Positions 58,339-64,000 of a stretch of DNA of 64,000 nt are shown piece by piece. How positions within the stretch are numbered: position 1 is the first letter of the stretch; the number at the start of each line of letters is the position of its first letter. The notes under the pieces were generated by a model. It was not told the origin of the DNA and did no database searches. It was given only the letters and a program-made list of their open reading frames with translations. The position numbers and the translations under genes were made by a program. The DNA is from Oceanispirochaeta sp. (GTDB lineage Bacteria; Spirochaetota; Spirochaetia; DSM-2461), in NCBI GenBank assembly GCA_963666275.2, contig CAXXOA010000001.1:480001-544000 (forward strand). The letters are read 5' to 3'.

Positions 58339-59546
58339 TGTTTAATGACAGTATTCACCTGACACTCTCTCCAGAAGAATAATGAAACTTCTTATGCGGG
58401 ATTACCGCTTTTTTGCTCTTCTTGAATACCTTCAAAAAATGCTGTCTTTGGTGTTCTACCTTTCATATTTCTACCCTGATGAGCACGCTCTTCATTATAG
58501 TATTTCAAGTAGATATCCAGATCCTTTTGCATCTCTGAAACTGACTCATAGAACTTCTCTCGCCCTTTGATTCTGAAGTGCTCATCAAGTAATGTTCTAT
58601 GCATCCGTTCAACGAATCCATTACTCTGGGGACGACGAACTTTAGTTGTTCTATGCTCAATTTCTTCCAGCTGCAAAAAGAGCTCGAAAGGATGATGATC
58701 TTCTCTTCCACAGTACTCACGTCCATTGTCGGTAAGTACTGTTTTAATCTTCACTCCATGCTCCTCATAGAATGGTAAAACATCATTATTAAGAACATGA
58801 ACAGCTGTGACGGGCATTTTATTTGTATATAAACGTCCCCATGAATACCGGTTGTGACAATCAATAACTGTCTGCAAATATACTCTACCGACTCCTTTCA
58901 ACGTCCCGACCATAAATGTATCTATAGAAACAAGTTCTCCCGTACATGTGGTTTCAATATGTCTTTCTTTAAACTCTGGATCAAAACGTTCAAGGAGTCT
59001 GATCTGGTCCTCAGTTAGATTGATTTTCTTCTTTCCCTGATGCTCTTCTAGCCGAAGAAGTCTCTGATACTTATTTTCTAGGTTATGCCTTATCCAGACC
59101 CCTCTGACGCCGCCTGAGCTTACAGATATGCTCTTTAAAGCTAATTGCTGAGCAACGCGTACACAGCCATGTGTTGGATACTGAAGGCTATAATCCAGAA
59201 TAGCCCTTTCAACCTCATCAGAGACCCTATTGGGATGTGGATTCCTTGGACCAGGTAATTTATCTACCAGCCCCTGAGACCCATAGGTTTGATAGTTCCT
59301 TCTGATCTCGTAAAACTGCTGTCTCGAATAGCCCATGATCTTACATGCCTTACTGACATTTCCTAGATCCTCTGCAAGTTCAAGCATGCTCATCTTTCTG
59401 CGTGTAGCCTTTTGTGCTACAGTCCTGTTGGTGGCCATTGAATCCTCCTGATATAACAATTTGTGGTAAAATCATTATATCTTCTGGAGATGAGATGGCC
59501 ACCTCTATTTTTTAGCCAACTGTCAGGTGAATACCGTCACTGTACA
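58339..59546 (-). mobile_element. IS481-family insertion sequence, 1208 bp, 26-bp imperfect terminal IRs, 7-bp target duplication TAATTCA
   Basis: Ends TGTTTAATGACAGTATTCACCTGACA and TGTCAGGTGAATACCGTCACTGTACA (22/26 match); TAATTCA at 58332-58338 and 59547-59553. Confidence 0.92.
58392..59438 (-). CDS. IS481-family DDE transposase
   Basis: LAEDLGNVSKAC HTH, SIDT, LTDNGREY, PQSNGFVER, YNEERAHQG. Confidence 0.95.
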   Translation of the reverse strand: MATNRTVAQKATRRKMSMLELAEDLGNVSKACKIMGYSRQQFYEIRRNYQTYGSQGLVDKLPGPRNPHPNRVSDEVERAILDYSLQYPTHGCVRVAQQLALKSISVSSGGVRGVWIRHNLENKYQRLLRLEEHQGKKKINLTEDQIRLLERFDPEFKERHIETTCTGELVSIDTFMVGTLKGVGRVYLQTVIDCHNRYSWGRLYTNKMPVTAVHVLNNDVLPFYEEHGVKIKTVLTDNGREYCGREDHHPFELFLQLEEIEHRTTKVRRPQSNGFVERMHRTLLDEHFRIKGREKFYESVSEMQKDLDIYLKYYNEERAHQGRNMKGRTPKTAFFEGIQEEQKSGNPA

Positions 59547-59797
59547 TAATTCAGATAATCATAAATGGCATTTCAGAATAGATAGGTGAATATTTCTGGT
59601 CTTTTCTCATGTTTTGCTAATTTAATTCTTTAAATCATTTATATTTATAAAATTTTTTAAAAGGATGAAATCCCCGGGTTGTATTGACTAAGTGGTGGAG
59701 TTTATTGTTTAGATTTATAAATGCATATTATATGAGATAGGAAAATAAAAAAATCACTTTCCTATCAAAATATATACTAAATTTTTTAAAATACATT

Positions 59798-60574
59798 TTA
59801 TGCCATAATTTTTCCACCAGCAATAAGGATGGAGTTCCCATCAATATATGAGGATCTATCATCACACAGAAACGCGACAACTTCAGCAATTTCATTTGGA
59901 TGACCAATATAGCCCATCGGGATTGTTGCGTTCATTTCATCATAGTATTCGCTGACATCTTTTCCTTCTTCCTTACCTCGGCGTGTAAAGGAGTCCCTAA
60001 GCATATCTGTTTCAATATTTCCGGGTTGTATTGCAACTGTGGTTATGCCATATGGTGCTAATTCTAAAGCTAAAACTCGTGTCATCATGGAAACTGCTGC
60101 TTTTGACATGCAGTATGGTCCATTGAAAGCTTCTTCCCTAACAGCAGCTATTGAGGACGTATTGATGATTCTACCCTTTTTGTTTGGTATCATTGCTTTA
60201 GCAACTTCAGCGCTGCAGATATAGGACCCTTTTACATTGATATCCATAACAAAATCATATAGCTCATCATCCATTTCAAGAAAACTGCTGATGCGGTCAA
60301 CTCCAGCAGCATTAAACAGACAGTCTATTCGTCCATAGGTTTCTATTGCCTTAACCACTGCATCTTTGACCTGTTGTCTATTTCGGACGTCTACGATAGC
60401 ATAAATAGCATCACCTCCGCTGCCGTTTATTTCCTTCACGGTTTCTTTAAGCTGATCTTCTATGATATCAACCAGTACTAGTTTGGCTCCATAACCTGCA
60501 CATATTTTTGCAGTTGCACCACCAAGTCCTTTTGCTCCTCCAGTGATAAATATAACTTTTTCTTGTAATTTCAT
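59798..60574 (-). CDS. Short-chain dehydrogenase/reductase
   Basis: TGGAKGLG, NAAG, SS, YCMSK, PG.I.T. Confidence 0.93.
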   Translation of the reverse strand: MKLQEKVIFITGGAKGLGGATAKICAGYGAKLVLVDIIEDQLKETVKEINGSGGDAIYAIVDVRNRQQVKDAVVKAIETYGRIDCLFNAAGVDRISSFLEMDDELYDFVMDINVKGSYICSAEVAKAMIPNKKGRIINTSSIAAVREEAFNGPYCMSKAAVSMMTRVLALELAPYGITTVAIQPGNIETDMLRDSFTRRGKEEGKDVSEYYDEMNATIPMGYIGHPNEIAEVVAFLCDDRSSYIDGNSILIAGGKIMA

Positions 60575-60833
60575 TACATTTCTCCTTTTTACCGAAGTTA
60601 TCCTATACCCCGGTTTGTTTTATATCGAGTTATGTCCCGGACATAAGTCAATTCTGTATGAAAAGTTGCCGCCCCATAGAAAAGTCATAACCATTTTATA
60701 TTATTAAATATGATAACGCTAACATAAATTATAAAAAATATATAGTCATATCATCAGATGTAGTTAAGCTTAACAGAAATCAATTTTTTGTCAACTTATT
60801 TTCCAATAAAAATATCTGAAAGTACTTGATACT

Positions 60834-61550
60834 TTATAAGTCTTGGAACAGTGGGTCACTGTTTTTAATATGCTTTCTGTAAAGCTCCATCGCTTTATAA
60901 AAATCCCCTTGAAGAATCACTTCAATTAATTGGTTATGAGTATCTATAATTAACTTTTTATCAAGAATGTCTTCCTGGGCTACAGTTATCTCTTCATAAC
61001 TGAAAGACCTCATTGTTTCATAAAGAGTATTAAAGAGATCATTCTGGCAAGCTTCAATAATATGCTTATGAAAGGCATAATCGGCCTCAATACGCTTTTC
61101 TTCATTTTTAGAATCAAGGGCATTCGCTATATTTAAAACTTCCTGCTTTAAGTTTATGATGGTTTTATCAAGGAGAGGCTGGTCATTATGATATACCATC
61201 AGATACCACAATCCTTGATGTTCCATAATCAGTCTCAATTCAAGAAGATTTTTAAGATCTTTTTTACCCAAAAGCATTGACCATAATAAGGCCTCGGAAG
61301 AAATGTTGGAACTTTCACAAATAAATGTTCCTTTAGGATTTCGTAATTCCACAACACCAAGATATTGGAATATTTTTAAAGCTTCTCTGATTGTTGATCT
61401 GCCAACTCCAAAAAGTTCAGCCAGCTCATATTCATTAGGTACTTTATCATTTGGGCGTAGTGTTCCCGTAGCTATCATATTTTTTAATTGTTCCATTACC
61501 TGAAAAACAACCGTTTTTTGTTTTACTGGTTTCGGCTGAATCTTGTTCAT
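60834..61550 (-). CDS. GntR/FadR-family transcriptional regulator
   Basis: VPNEYELAELFGVGRSTIREAL, ELRLIME, D.AFH..I..A.QN (FCD domain). Confidence 0.93.
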   Translation of the reverse strand: MNKIQPKPVKQKTVVFQVMEQLKNMIATGTLRPNDKVPNEYELAELFGVGRSTIREALKIFQYLGVVELRNPKGTFICESSNISSEALLWSMLLGKKDLKNLLELRLIMEHQGLWYLMVYHNDQPLLDKTIINLKQEVLNIANALDSKNEEKRIEADYAFHKHIIEACQNDLFNTLYETMRSFSYEEITVAQEDILDKKLIIDTHNQLIEVILQGDFYKAMELYRKHIKNSDPLFQDL

Positions 61551-61662
61551 TCTTACTTCCTGCTTTTGACTTGCACTAATCATAACCAATCCTTTCTAAC
61601 TTAGCAATCTTTCTGTTTTTACAGTTTACATTTGATTTGGGTGAAAATCTAACATTTATAGC

Positions 61663-61721
61663 TTGACAAGTTGATATTTCAGTGTATGATCTAATCATAT
61701 ATACGTCGTATGGTCAGATGG
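61663..61721 (+). promoter_or_regulatory. Sigma70-type promoter (TTGACA-16-TATGAT) with candidate FadR operator
   Basis: TTGACA 61663-61668, TATGAT 61685-61690, ATACGTCGTAT palindrome and TGGTCAGATGG downstream. Confidence 0.55.
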
Positions 61722-61757
61722 TACTATGATGTAAAAAACAAGTAAAGAGGTTTATAA

Positions 61758-62870
61758 ATGGAAGCAAAAGAAAAGAAGTGGCTCACCACAGATTATCCTG
61801 AGATCATCTTTGAAGATAATGAAGTCGGGAGATTGAAAAAGAAGATCTTTGATGCCCCTATGAATGAAATTGAGAAAATTCTGGAAGATTATGGTGTGGG
61901 AGCAGAATCGGAACTGGGGAAAGCAGGATGCTATATCCAGAACACACCCCGAAAAGAAGCGATAGAAAAAAGAAAGAAGAATGATGTTGTCCTTGTTCCA
62001 ATTGGTTGTACGGAAAATCATGGCGATCATGCTAATACAGGTTTGGACACCTTTATGGTTACACAGATCTGTGAAGCCGTGAGGAGAAAAACTGCAAAAC
62101 AGGGAAGGGAAGTGAATCTTGCTTTTACTCCTATCAACTATGGTGGACATCCCTATCACCACATGGGAATGCCCGGGACTATGATAATTCCCCCTGAGGT
62201 TGTAAGGGAAATGCTTATCTACACAATGTTGGGGCTTTGGAATGATGGATACCGGAAAATCATTCTTTTCAATAATCACGGACATCTGTGGACTCTGGTA
62301 GATGCTATACAGGAGTTTATGAAACGTTTTCAGCTTCCTGCGGTCGTACAGGTTATTGACTGGCATAGAGCTATACGTGAATTCTTTATGCCCATAGACA
62401 GGGAAGATTCACTGACTACTAACTTCATCCATGCCGATGAGGCCGAAACAGCTGTGGGACTTCTGATGTTCAAGGATATGATTAATATGGAATATGTTCG
62501 TGATGCGGAAGGAGAGAGGTTTCTCCCCGAAGGTCATTTTGATCTTTCGGTGGATCCTTATCGTCGACCCCATAGATGGTCTGAAGGGGAAGGGCATATT
62601 GCAATTGAAAGATTTGCGACTCCCGAAGGCGTCGTAGGCGCTCCGAGTCGTGCTACAGCTGAGAAAGCAAAACGTCCTATTGCGGCTATCTGTGAGTATA
62701 TGACCATGGTAGTCAATGATATTCTGGAAGCTTTCCCTCCTGGAAAAGTGCCTGAGAAAGTATCACTACGTTCAGATGAAGAGTTAGCTCCTTTTCTTAA
62801 AGAACCCTGGACAGAAGGATGGAAGTCTGTTTATGAGCTGCCTCATATGGGACCGTTCCATAAGGGGTGA
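61758..62870 (+). CDS. iolN: Creatininase-family hydrolase, 3-dehydro-scyllo-inosose hydrolase (IolN)-like
   Basis: PIGCTENHG, G.DT, HPYHHMGMPGT, NNHGH, FIHADEAET. Confidence 0.75.
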   Translation: MEAKEKKWLTTDYPEIIFEDNEVGRLKKKIFDAPMNEIEKILEDYGVGAESELGKAGCYIQNTPRKEAIEKRKKNDVVLVPIGCTENHGDHANTGLDTFMVTQICEAVRRKTAKQGREVNLAFTPINYGGHPYHHMGMPGTMIIPPEVVREMLIYTMLGLWNDGYRKIILFNNHGHLWTLVDAIQEFMKRFQLPAVVQVIDWHRAIREFFMPIDREDSLTTNFIHADEAETAVGLLMFKDMINMEYVRDAEGERFLPEGHFDLSVDPYRRPHRWSEGEGHIAIERFATPEGVVGAPSRATAEKAKRPIAAICEYMTMVVNDILEAFPPGKVPEKVSLRSDEELAPFLKEPWTEGWKSVYELPHMGPFHKG

Positions 62871-63004
62871 CATGTATGTTGTGGGAAGTGTTTCGGGGAG
62901 CGCAATCCTTGTCACGCTTCCTTGATAAAATTGCTTTACAAAATGAAATGATAACGTTAACAATTTAAAAGATAAATATCGATTATTTGAAAATGGGGAA
63001 AAGC

Positions 63005-63853
63005 ATGAAATTAGCTTTGAATCAGGCGGTTCTTTTTTCGTCTTCTACAGAAAGGTTTATAGATCTTTGTAGCCAGAATGGCATAAAAAATATTGAGTTC
63101 CGTGTTCCAAAGTTAAAAGAGTATTTGTATTTCAATTCTGGTATACAGTTGAGTAAAAAACTGAAAGACTTGGATCTTAATGTTATTGCTCTTAATTCTC
63201 TTGATGACTTTGGTCTTGTACCCGATGATAACCTTTCTCTTTTGACGCATGAAGTCCATTTTGTCGGACAAATGTGTGAATTTGTAAATTGCCCTCTTGT
63301 AATTGCCCCTGTTGGTAGATGTTATAGAACGCAGTTGGAGAAATCTGAAGTTTTAGAAAAGCATGTGGAACGGCTAAATTTCATAAGCGATATTCTGAAG
63401 GAATATGGAGTTAAAGTTGGTGTCGAACCAATTGCATTTTCAGATTTTTCAGTTCATTCAATCCATGATGCAGATGAAATTTGTCAATGTTCTTCTGCAG
63501 GGGACGCGGGGCTGATCGTCGACTATTACAATTTATTTCAGAAAGGAATGTCTCCAAAAGATTTTGAAAAACTGCGCTCACCTGTTCATTTAATACACAT
63601 CAATGATGCAGATTTCCTACCCGCAGAGGTGCTTGATGTTGTTGATACAAGAGTCTTTCCGGGAGATGGTTCTCTGAATGCTCTAGAATGGACATTGCAG
63701 GCATTAGAGGCTGGATACAAGGGATGTTTTTCTCTAGAAGTATTTTTGAAAAATCTTTGGGAAATGGAACCTGAAACTGCAATGTTTAAGATCATGAAAA
63801 AGTTAGAAATATTTAACTCAACAGTGAATGCAAAATTGGTTAAGGAGGAATAA
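63005..63853 (+). CDS. Sugar phosphate isomerase/epimerase (xylose isomerase-like TIM barrel, IolI/IolE-like)
   Basis: VGVEPI, VDYYN, IHINDA, RVFPGDG, FSLEVF metal-ligand pattern. Confidence 0.85.
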   Translation: MKLALNQAVLFSSSTERFIDLCSQNGIKNIEFRVPKLKEYLYFNSGIQLSKKLKDLDLNVIALNSLDDFGLVPDDNLSLLTHEVHFVGQMCEFVNCPLVIAPVGRCYRTQLEKSEVLEKHVERLNFISDILKEYGVKVGVEPIAFSDFSVHSIHDADEICQCSSAGDAGLIVDYYNLFQKGMSPKDFEKLRSPVHLIHINDADFLPAEVLDVVDTRVFPGDGSLNALEWTLQALEAGYKGCFSLEVFLKNLWEMEPETAMFKIMKKLEIFNSTVNAKLVKEE

Positions 63854-64000
63854 ATGAAAGCAGCAGTATTTGAAGATATTGGAAAATTAGTGATAAAGGA
63901 CGTGGATATTCCAGTGCTGAAAAAATCTACTGACGCTCTGATCAAAGTCTCAGGTGTCGGGATATGCGGTACAGACCTACATATATTGCAGGATCCACCA
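63854..64000 (+). CDS. Zinc-dependent alcohol/polyol dehydrogenase, N-terminus; runs off the window end
   Basis: AAGGAGG RBS; MKAAVFEDIGKLVIKDVDIP...IKVSGVGICGTDLHIL. Confidence 0.88.
   Translation, partial: MKAAVFEDIGKLVIKDVDIPVLKKSTDALIKVSGVGICGTDLHILQDPP

Overview
A 64 kb bacterial chromosome segment. Gene content and style suggest an anaerobic free-living spirochaete, but that is inference only. In order along the window: the 5' part of aceE (minus strand, missed by the ORF track); an ankyrin lipoprotein; a small protein followed by glmS; PfpI; a 7-gene operon (DUF1445, DUF4392, pxpB, pxpA, pxpC, class IV aminotransferase, alr) suggesting D-glutamate/pyroglutamate metabolism; and a CYTH-NUDIX fusion. 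Next is a 13-gene Mrp/Mbx-type complex-I-like operon whose large subunit lacks the NiFe ligands and whose NuoI subunit is fused to a GltD-like flavoprotein. This is followed by a GGDEF protein, pabB-pabC and gap, then a HUH (RAYT-like) transposase flanked by inverted arrays of GGGACGGAGGAAG repeats, two amidohydrolases, an unannotated 55-aa Cys-rich protein followed by pntAA-AB-B, and an Fe-ADH. Further on are FecR-OmpA, an acyl-CoA ligase, an RND efflux operon interrupted by a 6 x 23-bp array, a two-component system, a second Fe-ADH, CvfB, and a PAS-PP2C-kinase / soluble MCP-like / STAS signalling trio. The window ends in an AT-rich island with a complete IS481 (7-bp target duplication) and inositol-type catabolic genes. 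I recognised no rRNA, tRNA or CRISPR array. All functional calls come from motif recognition; no database searches were run.
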